Assembly (NCBI GenBank): GCA_002457675.1
Contig: NTKK01000004.1
Coordinates: forward strand, 91,666 to 155,665
Length of the DNA stretch: 64,000 bases
Reading direction: 5' to 3'
DNA from: Bacteroidetes bacterium MED-G17
GTDB lineage: Bacteria; Bacteroidota; Bacteroidia; NS11-12g; UBA9320
The position numbers were made by a program, and so were the translations under genes. The notes beneath the pieces were generated by a model. That model was not told the origin of the DNA. It did not search any database and saw only the letters and a list, made by a program, of their open reading frames with translations. How positions within the stretch are numbered: the first letter of the stretch is position 1; each line of letters begins with the position of its first letter. This document shows, piece by piece, positions 1-10,334 of this stretch.

Positions 1-518
1 TGGTCAAATTCTTTTTGGATGGCTTTCAATACTTTGAGCCAATTTTCTTTGGCAAAATAGGTTCCTCCATGAAATGCCCTTCCGTCTGGCAAGGCAAAGA
101 CATTAAGAGGCCACCCACCCCCACCTGTCAACAAATTAACAGACCGCATATATAGTTCATCAACATCAGGCCTTTCTTCACGATCTACCTTAATTGAGTA
201 AAAGTATTTGTTCATGTATTCTGCAATCAAGGAATCTTCAAAGCTTTGATGCTCCATTACATGGCACCAATGACATGCAGAATAACCAATGCTAACAATT
301 ATTGGCTTATTTAGTCGTTTTGCCTCGGCCAAGCTTTTTCGGTTCCAAGCGTGCCATTTAACTGGATTGTAGGCGTGTTGCAATAAATATGGGCTGGTCT
401 CATAAATAAGATCGTTGCTAATTTTCCTTTTTTTGTGGGCGTGATTTTCCAAACTACTACAAGAGATAAAAAAACAAGAGAGGGCAATTAAATACTGGAC
501 AGGTTTTTTGATAAACAA
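1..518 (-). CDS. Thioredoxin-domain protein of the YyaL/SSP411 (DUF255) family, N-terminal part (runs off the window edge)
   Basis: Not in the ORF track. Manual translation from TTG at 518: [25 protein letters not shown]...[21 protein letters not shown]...[14 protein letters not shown]...[12 protein letters not shown]...[10 protein letters not shown], the hallmark DUF255 motifs, after a lipoprotein-like signal. Confidence 0.9.
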   Translation of the reverse strand, partial: MFIKKPVQYLIALSCFFISCSSLENHAHKKRKISNDLIYETSPYLLQHAYNPVKWHAWNRKSLAEAKRLNKPIIVSIGYSACHWCHVMEHQSFEDSLIAEYMNKYFYSIKVDREERPDVDELYMRSVNLLTGGGGWPLNVFALPDGRAFHGGTYFAKENWLKVLKAIQKEFD

Positions 519-521
519 TAC

Positions 522-1520
522 CTAAGCCAGTAATTTTACGCTAATTTTTTGATGTATTTCTTCCATCAATTCTTGATTATCTAGCAAAAGTTGTTTAACT
601 GTATCTCTACCCTGACCGAGTTTTGTTCCGTCATAACTAAACCAAGAACCACTTTTCTGAATAAACTCGTTTTCAACAGCCATATCTAATATTTCGCCAG
701 CTCTTGAAATTCCTTCTCCATACATGATATCAAATTCAATGGTACGAAAAGGTGGTGCAACTTTATTTTTAGCAACTTTTATGCGCGCCCTATTACCAAT
801 AACCTCTGTATTGTCTTTAATCTGTCCGATTCTTCGAATGTCTAACCTTACCGATGCATAGAACTTTAGTGCATTTCCACCAGTAGTTGTTTCAGGATTT
901 CCAAACATAACGCCAATTTTTTCACGCAATTGATTAATAAAAATACAAACGCAACCTGTCTTGTTTATTGACCCTGTAAGTTTTCTTAGAGCTTGTGACA
1001 TCAATCTAGCTTGCAAGCCCATTTTGCTTTCTCCCATTTCTCCCTCAATTTCTGCCTTGGGAACAAGTGCGGCAACCGAGTCAATAACTACTATATCCAA
1101 AGCGCCTGATCGAATCAAGTTATCAGCAATTTCTAGCGCTTGTTCACCATCGTCAGGTTGAGAAATCAAAAGATCTGTAGTATTAATACCAATCTTTTCT
1201 GCATAAAATTTATCAAAAGCGTGTTCCGCATCAATAAAAGCGGCCAAACCACCTTTTTTTTGGGCTTCTGCAATGGCATGCATCGCCAAGGTTGTCTTAC
1301 CCGAGGATTCAGGCCCATATATTTCAATAACTCTTCCTTTCGGGAAACCGCCAACTCCAAGTGCAAGGTCCAACCCTAGTGAACCCGTCGGGATAACTTC
1401 CATTCTTTCAACTTTGTCATCATCCATTTTCATCACTACGCCTTTACCATACGATCTTTCTAGTTTATCAATGGTTAACTTCAATGCCTTAAGTTTCTCG
1501 TTTACTTCTTTGTTACTCAT
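522..1520 (-). CDS. recA: Recombinase RecA
   Basis: GPESSGKTT Walker [29 protein letters not shown] motifs. Confidence 0.99.
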   Translation of the reverse strand: MSNKEVNEKLKALKLTIDKLERSYGKGVVMKMDDDKVERMEVIPTGSLGLDLALGVGGFPKGRVIEIYGPESSGKTTLAMHAIAEAQKKGGLAAFIDAEHAFDKFYAEKIGINTTDLLISQPDDGEQALEIADNLIRSGALDIVVIDSVAALVPKAEIEGEMGESKMGLQARLMSQALRKLTGSINKTGCVCIFINQLREKIGVMFGNPETTTGGNALKFYASVRLDIRRIGQIKDNTEVIGNRARIKVAKNKVAPPFRTIEFDIMYGEGISRAGEILDMAVENEFIQKSGSWFSYDGTKLGQGRDTVKQLLLDNQELMEEIHQKISVKLLA

Positions 1521-1671
1521 TTTATCTATTTAAGAACAAGCAAGAAAGGACTTGAAGGCCATAAAAACAACCCTTGTTGATATTTTGCCCAAAAGGTATG
1601 CGTATGAAATGTGGAAACAATAAGCGAAGATTAAGCATACATTTTTATTTATTTGAATCGTTATTAGACAA

Positions 1672-3303
1672 ATGAAGCACTTTTGGTATCTTGTTTTGTT
1701 ATTACCGAATTTGGCTAATTCTCAAGTGGTGGATACACTTTCTGAAATAGACGAAATAGAGATTATAACAAAATACAAACCAATATTGGTTGAAGCAGAT
1801 AAGATTAAGATTTTACCCGAACTAAGCTCTGAAAAAATTGATTTACCCACGTTGGAATACAATTTACCAGATATTTTGCCAAAAATTAGGAACAACTATA
1901 GACCAATTAAGCCTGTTTCCTTAAAGAAAGAAAAACAAGATCCTTTATATGGAAATTATGCAAAACTTGGATTCGGAAATTACCGTAGCCCTTTTGCAGA
2001 ATTTCATTTGCACAATTTAGAGGACAATAAATATAGCTATGGCCTTGGGCTTTTACACCATTCAGCCCGAGGAGGGAATACAGGTGTTTTAAAAAATGCT
2101 CGCTACAGCAATAACAACTTTAATATCTATGGTGAGAAATTCACCCGTAAAGGTGTACTAAACACAAAATTCAATTACGAACGGAAAGGAATTACCCGTT
2201 ATGGTTATCAAATGGACTCCTCAGAACTAAATATTGAAGACCTTAAAAGGACGTTCAATTTGAGCGAACTTCAAGTCGGTTATAGCTCTATAAGCGAGAA
2301 AAATAAGAATGGGTTTGTTTTGAGTTCAGCACTTAGCTCTTTTGGCAACGATAGTGCTTCTGAATTTGATTTGGCTTTAGATGGTGGAATCAAATGGTCC
2401 GGTCGAAATCTTCGTTTTGACTGGCTTTCGCAATTAGACATTACCCAATATTCAAAAGACACTTTTAGTCTTAATCGGCTATTTGTTCACACCTTCCCCA
2501 AAATCACTTTCAAGAAAAAGCTGCTTACGCTTAGCTTAGGCGCAAAAGTCTGTATTCCAACAGGAGACGACACAACATCTGAGAATCTTTATGTAAATCC
2601 ATATGCTTTTGTAGATTATCAACTTGCGCCAGACATATTGCATATTTTTGGTGAAATAGATGGAGGTCTAATCAAAAATGATTTCGAAGGATTGGCCAAA
2701 ATAAATCCATTTTTGAATCAAAATTTTTCTCTCAAAAATACATTTAATGCATTTGATTTTAGAGCAGGTGCAAAAGGTAGCCTTAACAACTTTTCTTATT
2801 CTGGAAATCTATATGTAAATGTTCAAAACAATCGTGTTTTATTTATTTCGGATAGTACAGCTTTCAGGGGCTTTGACGTATTATATGACGACATTACCCA
2901 AAGTGGCTTTGTTGCACAAATTGGCTACACATTTCGACAAAAAGGTTTTGTAAATGCCCAATTGAGTTTAAACGATTTCAAATTAGAAAAATATGCAGAT
3001 GCCTTTCATTTGCCCAATACAGAATTTGAGTTGCACGGAAGATATATTTGGAATAAAAAAATGATATTGAAAGCGGATGGACTATTTTGGGGCGAGCGAA
3101 CCAATAGTAATTCAAGTGATTTAGACAAAATAAACATACTTCCAGCATTTTTTGACCTAAGTATTGGATTGGAGTATTTACATAAAAAAACGCTTGCTTT
3201 TTTCTTAGAAGGAAACAACATTTTAAACAATAAGTATCAATTTTGGGCAAACCATCCACGATTTGGCATAAACGTAATGGGAGGCGTTTCACTTTCGATA
3301 TAG
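1672..3303 (+). CDS. Outer-membrane beta-barrel (TonB-dependent-receptor-like) protein
   Basis: Signal peptide; GNYAKLGFGNY and C-terminal GNNILNNKYQFW...GGVSLSI; amphipathic beta pattern; heads the exbB-exbD-tonB cluster. Confidence 0.7.
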   Translation: MKHFWYLVLLLPNLANSQVVDTLSEIDEIEIITKYKPILVEADKIKILPELSSEKIDLPTLEYNLPDILPKIRNNYRPIKPVSLKKEKQDPLYGNYAKLGFGNYRSPFAEFHLHNLEDNKYSYGLGLLHHSARGGNTGVLKNARYSNNNFNIYGEKFTRKGVLNTKFNYERKGITRYGYQMDSSELNIEDLKRTFNLSELQVGYSSISEKNKNGFVLSSALSSFGNDSASEFDLALDGGIKWSGRNLRFDWLSQLDITQYSKDTFSLNRLFVHTFPKITFKKKLLTLSLGAKVCIPTGDDTTSENLYVNPYAFVDYQLAPDILHIFGEIDGGLIKNDFEGLAKINPFLNQNFSLKNTFNAFDFRAGAKGSLNNFSYSGNLYVNVQNNRVLFISDSTAFRGFDVLYDDITQSGFVAQIGYTFRQKGFVNAQLSLNDFKLEKYADAFHLPNTEFELHGRYIWNKKMILKADGLFWGERTNSNSSDLDKINILPAFFDLSIGLEYLHKKTLAFFLEGNNILNNKYQFWANHPRFGINVMGGVSLSI

Positions 3304-4026
3304 ATGACTTTAGATCAAATTATATCAGCAACATTAAAAGAGCAAAATAGCATAGTTCTCCCGAACTTCGGTCGTTTGGTGGTGATCACCTCTCCTACCA
3401 AAATTTCAAGAAGTACAGATGCTGCAAAACCAGAACACAAAAAAATTGTCTTTAGCTCAAACCCTAGTATAAAGGATGATGTACTTGAAAACCAAGTCAT
3501 TCAATTAAATAGATTAGATAAAAAAAATGCACAAAAAGAGATTCTTGCTTTCATAAAAGAGTTAAAAGCTCGTTTAAGTTCTGAAGGGGAAGTGCATATA
3601 AAAGGAGTTGGACTTTTTGAAAATAAGGACAACAATCAAGTACTATTTACGTCCAAGTTTGAACACAATCAAACTTCAGCCTATTTTGGTTTGCAAGAAG
3701 TGCAGTTGAAAAGAATAAGTCAAGAAAAACTAAATGAAGAAAAATCCAATAGAGTAGAATCAATTACAAATCATTCTACAACCAAAAAAGAAGAAATTAA
3801 ACAGAGTATTCAAAAAGTCAAGACAAAAAAAGAATCATTAAATATCAAAAATAAAAACCCAATAAAAGTACTTTTATTATTAATCATTTCAACGTTACTA
3901 CTAGCGCTAATTGTCGGTTATTTTTATTTAGAATCGAAAGCCTATGAGCAAGAAGAAAAAACTAGAATAGAGGCACTCAAAAAATTTAAAGAACAAAATC
4001 AAACAAAAAATCAAACAAACTTATGA
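3304..4026 (+). CDS. HU/CCDC81-like domain membrane protein
   Basis: Two HU-like segments (IVLPNFGRL; VHIKGVGLF), charged linker, one TM helix near the C-terminus. Confidence 0.6.
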   Translation: MTLDQIISATLKEQNSIVLPNFGRLVVITSPTKISRSTDAAKPEHKKIVFSSNPSIKDDVLENQVIQLNRLDKKNAQKEILAFIKELKARLSSEGEVHIKGVGLFENKDNNQVLFTSKFEHNQTSAYFGLQEVQLKRISQEKLNEEKSNRVESITNHSTTKKEEIKQSIQKVKTKKESLNIKNKNPIKVLLLLIISTLLLALIVGYFYLESKAYEQEEKTRIEALKKFKEQNQTKNQTNL

Positions 4027-4706
4027 ATCCAATCTTTTTGCAAATCGCTTTGGACAGCGCACAAAATGAAATTACAGTAAATGAGGGCCTTGACGTTGTT
4101 GATTTGGCTACAAAAGGAGGTATTGTAGTCATCATCATTACCCTTCTTAGTATCATTGCAGTATACATTTCCTTAGAAAGATATTTCACAATAAGAAAAG
4201 CGAGCAAAAGTGATAAAACTTTCTTAAACCAAATAAAAACCATGGTTCAAAATGGAAATATCCAAGAAGCCCAAAATATGTGTGCTTCAAATAATAGCCC
4301 TTATAGTAGAATGATTTCAAAAGGACTTTCTAGGATTGGAAAACCACTTGAAGATATTCGCGTAGCGGTAGAAAATACGGGCAATCTAGAAATCACCAAA
4401 CTTGAAAGAAGTTTGCCCATTTTGGCAACAATATCGGGAGCGGCACCAATGCTTGGCTTCTTAGGCACCGTAACGGGTATGATCAAAACTTTTTTTGTGC
4501 TTAGTCGAGAGGGTGATAGAATAGAACCTGGCTTATTGAGCGGCGGCATATATGAAGCCATGGTTACCACTGTCGCCGGCCTTATCGTAGGTATTATAGC
4601 CTATGTGGCATACAACTTATTGACAGCAAAAATAGACCGAGTAGTTTATAAGCTCGAATCAACATCAATGGAGTTTTTAGATATACTTCACGAACCAGCA
4701 AAGTAA
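4023..4706 (+). CDS. exbB: MotA/TolQ/ExbB proton channel protein
   Basis: LATISGAAPMLGFLGTVTGMI and GIYEAMVTTVAGL motifs. Confidence 0.93.
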   Translation: MNPIFLQIALDSAQNEITVNEGLDVVDLATKGGIVVIIITLLSIIAVYISLERYFTIRKASKSDKTFLNQIKTMVQNGNIQEAQNMCASNNSPYSRMISKGLSRIGKPLEDIRVAVENTGNLEITKLERSLPILATISGAAPMLGFLGTVTGMIKTFFVLSREGDRIEPGLLSGGIYEAMVTTVAGLIVGIIAYVAYNLLTAKIDRVVYKLESTSMEFLDILHEPAK

Positions 4707-4707
4707 A

Positions 4708-5103
4708 ATGGCGCTTAAAAAAAGAAGCAAAATAGATCCAATGTTCAATATGAGCTCCATGACGGATATCATATTTTTATTGCTCATATTTTTTGTAATC
4801 ACTTCTACCACGGTAAGAGAACCTATCATGAAAATTGCCTTACCCAAAGGCGTTAAAAAAAATATTATTAAGCAAATCGTCCGTGTTTATGTAGATAAAG
4901 ACAAAAATTATGCGATAGATGAAAGAAAAATCACTTTGACACGTTTACCTTTTGAACTTAAAGAGGTATTAAAAAATAAACCTGGAGCAACCGTATCCAT
5001 TCATGGTGATGAAGAAATAGATTATGGCGCCGTTATGGAACTGGTAAGAATTGCTGACCAACTAGAAGCCAAAGTAGTTCTTGCACTAGATCCAGCGAAC
5101 TAA
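4708..5103 (+). CDS. exbD: Biopolymer transporter ExbD/TolR
   Basis: MSSMTDIIFLLLIFF TM motif; IHGDEEIDYG. Confidence 0.93.
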   Translation: MALKKRSKIDPMFNMSSMTDIIFLLLIFFVITSTTVREPIMKIALPKGVKKNIIKQIVRVYVDKDKNYAIDERKITLTRLPFELKEVLKNKPGATVSIHGDEEIDYGAVMELVRIADQLEAKVVLALDPAN

Positions 5104-5105
5104 AT

Positions 5106-5888
5106 ATGAAAAATAAAGAGACATACAAAACAGAAGCAACTATTGGCACATTTACGATATTCAGTCTTTTGTTTGTTTTTCTTTTTGTTCTAGGATTCTC
5201 AAGATGTGCCAATGAAGAAATAGAAGATTTGGATGAAAGTGGTGTAACGGTAAGCTTAGGAGAGCAAGACTATGGAGGGCAAGAGGAGGTTCCCATTGAA
5301 ACAGAAACCATGGAAGAGTTCGAAGAAAATCCTGTTACTGAAGAAGTGCAAACACTGAGCCAAGATGCGGAGGCTCCTGAAGTTCAACAGACTGCTTCAG
5401 ACAAAAAAACAAATGAAGAAAGACCAAGCCCACCCGTTGAAGAAACAAAACCAACTGAAAAACCAATAGAGAGGAAACCAAATCAAAGAAGCTTATTCAA
5501 TGCGCCGAAGCAAGGAAGTGGATTTGGGAGTGGAACCAAATCAGGAAATCAAGGAGAATTGAACGGAGAAGTAGGTGGTAAACCGGATGGTATGGGCCAG
5601 GGAAATGCAGGAAACAGCTCTGGGAGATATACCCTTGCTGGAAGAAAACCGGAGTATATTGAAGAACCAAACACCAATTTAAGTCAGGATTGCAAAGTTG
5701 TAGTAGAAGTAAAAGTAGATGCAGATGGAAATGTCTTGAAAGCTGTTGCTACCCCATTAGGGTATTGCTCAACGCCTAGTTTGTTGAGAGCTGCTGAAAA
5801 AGCAGCTTTAAAATGGAAATTTAGCAAAAGAATCGATAGTAAAAACAATCAATTTGGCACCATTACCTTCAAGTACAAAAGAGGATAG
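5106..5888 (+). CDS. tonB: Energy transducer TonB family protein
   Basis: N-terminal TM anchor, E/P-rich and Gly-rich linker, TonB C-domain (VVVEVKVDADGNV...AALKWKF...GTITFKY). Confidence 0.8.
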   Translation: MKNKETYKTEATIGTFTIFSLLFVFLFVLGFSRCANEEIEDLDESGVTVSLGEQDYGGQEEVPIETETMEEFEENPVTEEVQTLSQDAEAPEVQQTASDKKTNEERPSPPVEETKPTEKPIERKPNQRSLFNAPKQGSGFGSGTKSGNQGELNGEVGGKPDGMGQGNAGNSSGRYTLAGRKPEYIEEPNTNLSQDCKVVVEVKVDADGNVLKAVATPLGYCSTPSLLRAAEKAALKWKFSKRIDSKNNQFGTITFKYKRG

Positions 5889-7113
5889 TTTTTCAAAAAC
5901 CCTGCAATATTTGTATTCCAAACTGCCAATTTACCAAAGAATTGGAAGAGGTGCTTTCAAAAAAGATTTAACGAACATCAAAAAACTTTGCTCCTTTCTT
6001 GGAAATGTTCATCGCGAATTCAGTTCTATGCATATTGCTGGTACAAATGGCAAGGGAAGTACAGCGCATATTTTATCGGCTATTTATCAAAATAATGGCT
6101 ATAAAGTAGGACTTTACACCTCTCCTCACCTAATTGATTTTAGAGAACGAATTAAGATCAATGGAGAGCTAGTCGATAAAAATTATATCGTTGAGATAAC
6201 ACAAAAACTTAAACCCATTATCAACAAAATTGAACCTTCATTTTTTGAAATTACAGTGGCTATAGCATTCAGCTACTTTGCATCAAAGAAAGTAGACATA
6301 GCCATCATAGAAACTGGCCTGGGTGGACGCCTAGATTCTACAAATATTATTGACCCGTTGGTCTCAATAATCACAACCATCGATTATGACCATATGGATT
6401 TATTGGGTGATACCTTGGAGGAAATTGCCTTTGAAAAAGCAGGAATTATCAAAATGGATAGACCGCTAGTACTTGGAGAAGAATCAAAACAGTTGAAAGC
6501 AATTTTTGACAAAATTGCATTACAGAATAATGCACCAATTTTCTATGCAGACAATGGCAATTACCAAACCGATCTATTTGGTGATATTCAACAAAAAAAT
6601 ATTGGGTTGGGTTTAAAAGCTGTTGAACTTGCTCAAAATAGTCTCCCAACAAAGCACATAAAAAATATAGAAGCGCTAAAACAGGTAAAAAAGTTGAGTA
6701 ACATTCAAGGAAGATTTCAAATTGCCACGGAAAAACCTTTAACCATTTTAGACGTCGGGCACAATGCGCAGGCATTCAAATTAAATCTAAAAGAAATTCA
6801 AAAGTTGACCTACAAAAAGTTATTTTTCATTTTGGGATTTATCGTTGGAAAGGACTTGAAAAATATACTAAATCAATTTAATGACGTGGTTGCTGAATTT
6901 CATTTTACCGAACCCAAAATCATGAGAAAACTGCCCATAGATCAACTAATAAAAGAGCTAAACTTAAATTTCAATAAAAACTTTCAAATACATGAAAACG
7001 TGAATGTTGCATATAATTATATCCGAAAAAAAGCAACCAAAGATGATTTAATTTTTGTTGGGGGAAGTACATTTGTGGTTTCAGATTTTTTAAGCTCGAA
7101 CCATGCCAATTGA
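5854..7113 (+). CDS. folC: Folylpolyglutamate synthase/dihydrofolate synthase (start uncertain)
   Basis: HIAGTNGKGS, YTSPHL, ETGLGGRLDSTN, EKAGIIK, DVGHN motifs. Confidence 0.96.
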   Translation: MAPLPSSTKEDSFSKTLQYLYSKLPIYQRIGRGAFKKDLTNIKKLCSFLGNVHREFSSMHIAGTNGKGSTAHILSAIYQNNGYKVGLYTSPHLIDFRERIKINGELVDKNYIVEITQKLKPIINKIEPSFFEITVAIAFSYFASKKVDIAIIETGLGGRLDSTNIIDPLVSIITTIDYDHMDLLGDTLEEIAFEKAGIIKMDRPLVLGEESKQLKAIFDKIALQNNAPIFYADNGNYQTDLFGDIQQKNIGLGLKAVELAQNSLPTKHIKNIEALKQVKKLSNIQGRFQIATEKPLTILDVGHNAQAFKLNLKEIQKLTYKKLFFILGFIVGKDLKNILNQFNDVVAEFHFTEPKIMRKLPIDQLIKELNLNFNKNFQIHENVNVAYNYIRKKATKDDLIFVGGSTFVVSDFLSSNHAN

Positions 7114-7543
7114 AATTTATACAGATGGGGCCTGCAGTGGCAATCCTGGACCTGGCGGATACGGCATCGTTATGCGATATGGCAAACACCGGAGGGAGCT
7201 TTCAAAAGGGTATTTCAGGACTACAAACAATAGAATGGAGCTGCTGGCAATTATTAATGCGCTTGAAGAGGTCAAAGCGCCTCAATTACCAATCTTAGTT
7301 ATCACCGATTCAAAATATGTTGTAGATGCAGTAGAGAAAAAGTGGCTTTTTACGTGGGAAAAAAAGAATTTCAAAGACAAAAAAAATCCAGACTTATGGA
7401 TCCGATTTTTAAAAATTTATCGTCAACTCCAGGTAAAGTTCAGGTGGGTTAAAGGGCACGCAGGAAACCCATTAAACGAACTATGTGATCAATTGGCGGT
7501 ACAAGCCAGTAAAAACCCAGAAGAAGAGGATCTCACCAGGTAG
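7103..7543 (+). CDS. rnhA: Ribonuclease HI
   Basis: YTDGACSGNPGPGG, TTNNRMEL, TDSKYV, WVKGHAG. Confidence 0.98.
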   Translation: MPIEIYTDGACSGNPGPGGYGIVMRYGKHRRELSKGYFRTTNNRMELLAIINALEEVKAPQLPILVITDSKYVVDAVEKKWLFTWEKKNFKDKKNPDLWIRFLKIYRQLQVKFRWVKGHAGNPLNELCDQLAVQASKNPEEEDLTR

Positions 7544-7553
7544 ATTTAAGGCC

Positions 7554-8849
7554 TTATAGAACAAACAAGCTAGTGAGATAACAAATTCCTAGCAAAAATG
7601 CCCCAATTAAATAATGTCCAATAGGCATCCATTTTTGGTAAGAAACACCCGTTTTAGAAAGAAAATATAACAAAACAAATTTTTCTATGAAATAAGCAAT
7701 TAATGCTCCATATGCGATTCCTACAATACCGTAAATATTTCCAAGCCAAAACCCAAATAGTAGGCCAAAAAAGAGTTCTAATGATGAACTTATATAAAAA
7801 TAATTTTGATTGTTTGTTGCAAGCAAAAAAGTTTGTGGAAAGAGCAGACGACTAAGTATAAAAAGTAAAAAAATGTTAAATATTTTAGCAGCCTCGGTAA
7901 ATGATTCGCCGTAAAAAGTAAAAAACAAAAATTTTGAGGACAGCATCAACAAAATAGCAATTGTAAAACATTGCCAAAGTAGTCTTTTGTATGACCTAAT
8001 AAAATCACCCTTGTGCACAGCTAAATTTTTGCTCAAAATACCCGTATAAGCAATGCTAAAACTATTTGCTAGTATAAGAATGAGCGGGAACTCTCTACTA
8101 CCATATCTAAATATTACAAAGTCATCACTAGAAAATGATTGTTTTACATACAGACCCAAAATATGCAACAAGCTACCACCTAAAAGCAGAGAGGCTGTAA
8201 TCGGCAAGGTTGTTTTGATTATAGCAAAAAAATGATCTTTGTATATTCTGATGGGCTTTGGCAAAATCAAAAACATATAAGTGCACTTGCAAATTGCCAA
8301 ACAGGTAAGTAGAGAAAAGGTTAAAACCAAATTTTGCTTCAACCCCATTCCAAAAAGAACCAAAGAAAAATAGAACAGAAAAGTTAGCATCCCGTAAAGA
8401 AGCATTTTCTTCTTTTGGCTTGATATGTATAAATAAAATTCAACAAAATAACCAAGCATATTAAAGAATAGGAATGGTAAAAATCGAATCATTTTTTTTT
8501 GTTCTTCAGCATTTGAAAAAAAGAACAGGTAAAGAACAAACAATACTACAGAGACGCCTGTCATCAATACCAATACCACAAATGCAGACCAAATAAGCTT
8601 TTTTGTTTGATCATTCTTTTTGAAATAAGACACCATGGCTTGATTTAAACTTGATATAAAAAAGAACGATACCAATGTAGATAGTAAAAGTGCTGTTTCA
8701 TAACCGGCAATAAGCTCTTTGTTACAAAACCAAGCCAAAATAAAAGACAACAAAAAATGCGTCCCGTAGCGCATTAAATTGAAGAGCTGAAGGGTATTTA
8801 CTTCATTCAGTTTCGAATAAATTCCTTTTGTATTATTTTGCAATTCCAA
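7554..8849 (-). CDS. Polysaccharide flippase / MATE-like (MOP superfamily) membrane protein
   Basis: About 12 hydrophobic segments; YGESFTEAA and YGIVGIAYG patterns typical of Wzx-like proteins. Confidence 0.65.
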   Translation of the reverse strand: MELQNNTKGIYSKLNEVNTLQLFNLMRYGTHFLLSFILAWFCNKELIAGYETALLLSTLVSFFFISSLNQAMVSYFKKNDQTKKLIWSAFVVLVLMTGVSVVLFVLYLFFFSNAEEQKKMIRFLPFLFFNMLGYFVEFYLYISSQKKKMLLYGMLTFLFYFSLVLFGMGLKQNLVLTFSLLTCLAICKCTYMFLILPKPIRIYKDHFFAIIKTTLPITASLLLGGSLLHILGLYVKQSFSSDDFVIFRYGSREFPLILILANSFSIAYTGILSKNLAVHKGDFIRSYKRLLWQCFTIAILLMLSSKFLFFTFYGESFTEAAKIFNIFLLFILSRLLFPQTFLLATNNQNYFYISSSLELFFGLLFGFWLGNIYGIVGIAYGALIAYFIEKFVLLYFLSKTGVSYQKWMPIGHYLIGAFLLGICYLTSLFVL

Positions 8850-8872
8850 CGATTTGGAAATGCGAAAATGCT

Positions 8873-8880
8873 TAATTTTG
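8873..8880 (+). promoter_or_regulatory. Bacteroidota housekeeping promoter -7 element for tRNA-His
   Basis: TAATTTTG matches TAnnTTTG, 15 nt before the tRNA. Confidence 0.6.
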
Positions 8881-8895
8881 CACGCCTAATCAAAT

Positions 8896-8970
8896 GGTGG
8901 CTGTAGCTCAGTCGGTTAGAGTAGTGGTTTGTGGTGCCATTGGTCGCCGGTTCGAATCCGGTCAGCCACC
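8896..8970 (+). tRNA. tRNA-His(GTG)
   Basis: G-1 plus GTGGCTG/CAGCCAC acceptor stem, C discriminator, anticodon loop TTGTGGT, T-arm GGTTCGAATCC. Confidence 0.97.
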
Positions 8971-8971
8971 C

Positions 8972-8998
8972 AAAAACCCGAGGCAACTCGGGTTTTTT
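8972..8998. terminator. Bidirectional intrinsic terminator between tRNA-His and dinB
   Basis: AAAAACCCGAG-GCAA-CTCGGGTTTTTT: perfect stem, GNRA loop, A and T tracts on either side. Confidence 0.9.
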
Positions 8999-9021
8999 AT
9001 TGCTTTATTTTGTGCGCTGCA

Positions 9022-10242
9022 TCAGACCCTCCTGTGTGCAGGTATGCTAGGTGGTTCTCCACTAAAAGGGTTACTCCTTGACAATGACATGGTATGTAAA
9101 CTACTGGCCCTTTGCAACTTATGCTGACCAAACCGTATTTTCATCTTATCCATCGCCTGATAAAGTTTTAGCAACTCTACGCTATCTTCAAACATATTAA
9201 TTTGATGGCCGCCCCCTACCAAATGGCTCATACGTACGCCAACTAATCGAATCAACAAACGACGCTCAAAGAGTTTGTCAAAAATATCCATTACATATTG
9301 TGTTAAAGTATGGTCAGAAGCACTATAAGGAATATATTTTTGCTTGCTATATGTTTGAAAATCTGCGTAGCGAATCTTTACCGTTACGCAAGATGTAAGT
9401 TTATCCCCTCGTCGAAGTTCAAAACAAAGTTGCTCTACCATGGCCCGTAATTGATTTTTAATCATTTTTACATCGATACTATCCCGTTCAAACGTACGCT
9501 CAGTAGAAATACTTTTTCTTTCGTAATGAGGGACAACGGGACTATTGTCAATGGCATTGGCTTTTTGCCACATAACAATACCCTGTTTACCAAAGGCATT
9601 TTCCATCATTTTCATAGGCATTTCTTGTAAAGTTTTGATGTACTTCACACCCATTCTATTTAGGTTATAAGCAGTTTTTTCACCTATCATAGGTATTTTT
9701 TGGACGAGCATGGGGGCTATAAATGTTTTTTCTTGTCCCTTTTTTACATCAATTTGATTATTTGGTTTTGCTTCACCAGTAGCTATTTTGGCCACAGTTT
9801 TGTTGATCGACATCCCAAATGATATAGGTAGAGAGGTTTCTCTAATAATTTTGGTTCTTAATTCAGAAGCCAATTTATACGAACCAAAAAAATGATCCAT
9901 ACCTGATAGGTCTACATAAAATTCGTCTATTGATGTTTTTTCAAACAAAGGAACCTGCTCTTTTACCATTTCTGAAATAATTTTTGAATAGTAGCTGTAT
10001 TTCGCAGAGTCTCCGCGCACTACAATGGCTTCAGGGCAGAGCTGTTTGGCCATTTTCATACTCATTCCAGAACTTACACCCATTTTTCGAGTTTCGTAAC
10101 TACAAGAAGCCACTACGCCTCTTTCTGAAGTCCCTCCTACCAAAACTGGTTTGTTCTTCAACCTACTATCTATAAGCCGCTCTACTGAAACAAAAAAAGT
10201 ATCTAAGTCCATGTGGACAATTATTCTATCTACATTTTTCAT
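9022..10242 (-). CDS. dinB: DNA polymerase IV (Y family)
   Basis: HMDLDTFFVSVE, SYETR, SIDEFY, KSISTERTF, RLVGV motifs. Confidence 0.96.
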   Translation of the reverse strand: MKNVDRIIVHMDLDTFFVSVERLIDSRLKNKPVLVGGTSERGVVASCSYETRKMGVSSGMSMKMAKQLCPEAIVVRGDSAKYSYYSKIISEMVKEQVPLFEKTSIDEFYVDLSGMDHFFGSYKLASELRTKIIRETSLPISFGMSINKTVAKIATGEAKPNNQIDVKKGQEKTFIAPMLVQKIPMIGEKTAYNLNRMGVKYIKTLQEMPMKMMENAFGKQGIVMWQKANAIDNSPVVPHYERKSISTERTFERDSIDVKMIKNQLRAMVEQLCFELRRGDKLTSCVTVKIRYADFQTYSKQKYIPYSASDHTLTQYVMDIFDKLFERRLLIRLVGVRMSHLVGGGHQINMFEDSVELLKLYQAMDKMKIRFGQHKLQRASSLHTMSLSRSNPFSGEPPSIPAHRRV

Positions 10243-10334
10243 TTTTAGATATTTTAATTATCATAAAATTATTATTTAATATAACAATAAAAGAAAGACA
10301 AAAGCTAAAAGAAAATAATTTACTTTGCGAGTGA

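Noticed and set aside
8894..9127. 77-aa ORF on the + strand
   Set aside because: Runs through tRNA-His, its terminator and antisense dinB; spurious
10243..10334. SOS/LexA-type operator upstream of dinB (also sought upstream of recA and uvrC)
   Set aside because: Only AT-rich imperfect palindromes were found, with no motif shared among the three upstream regions
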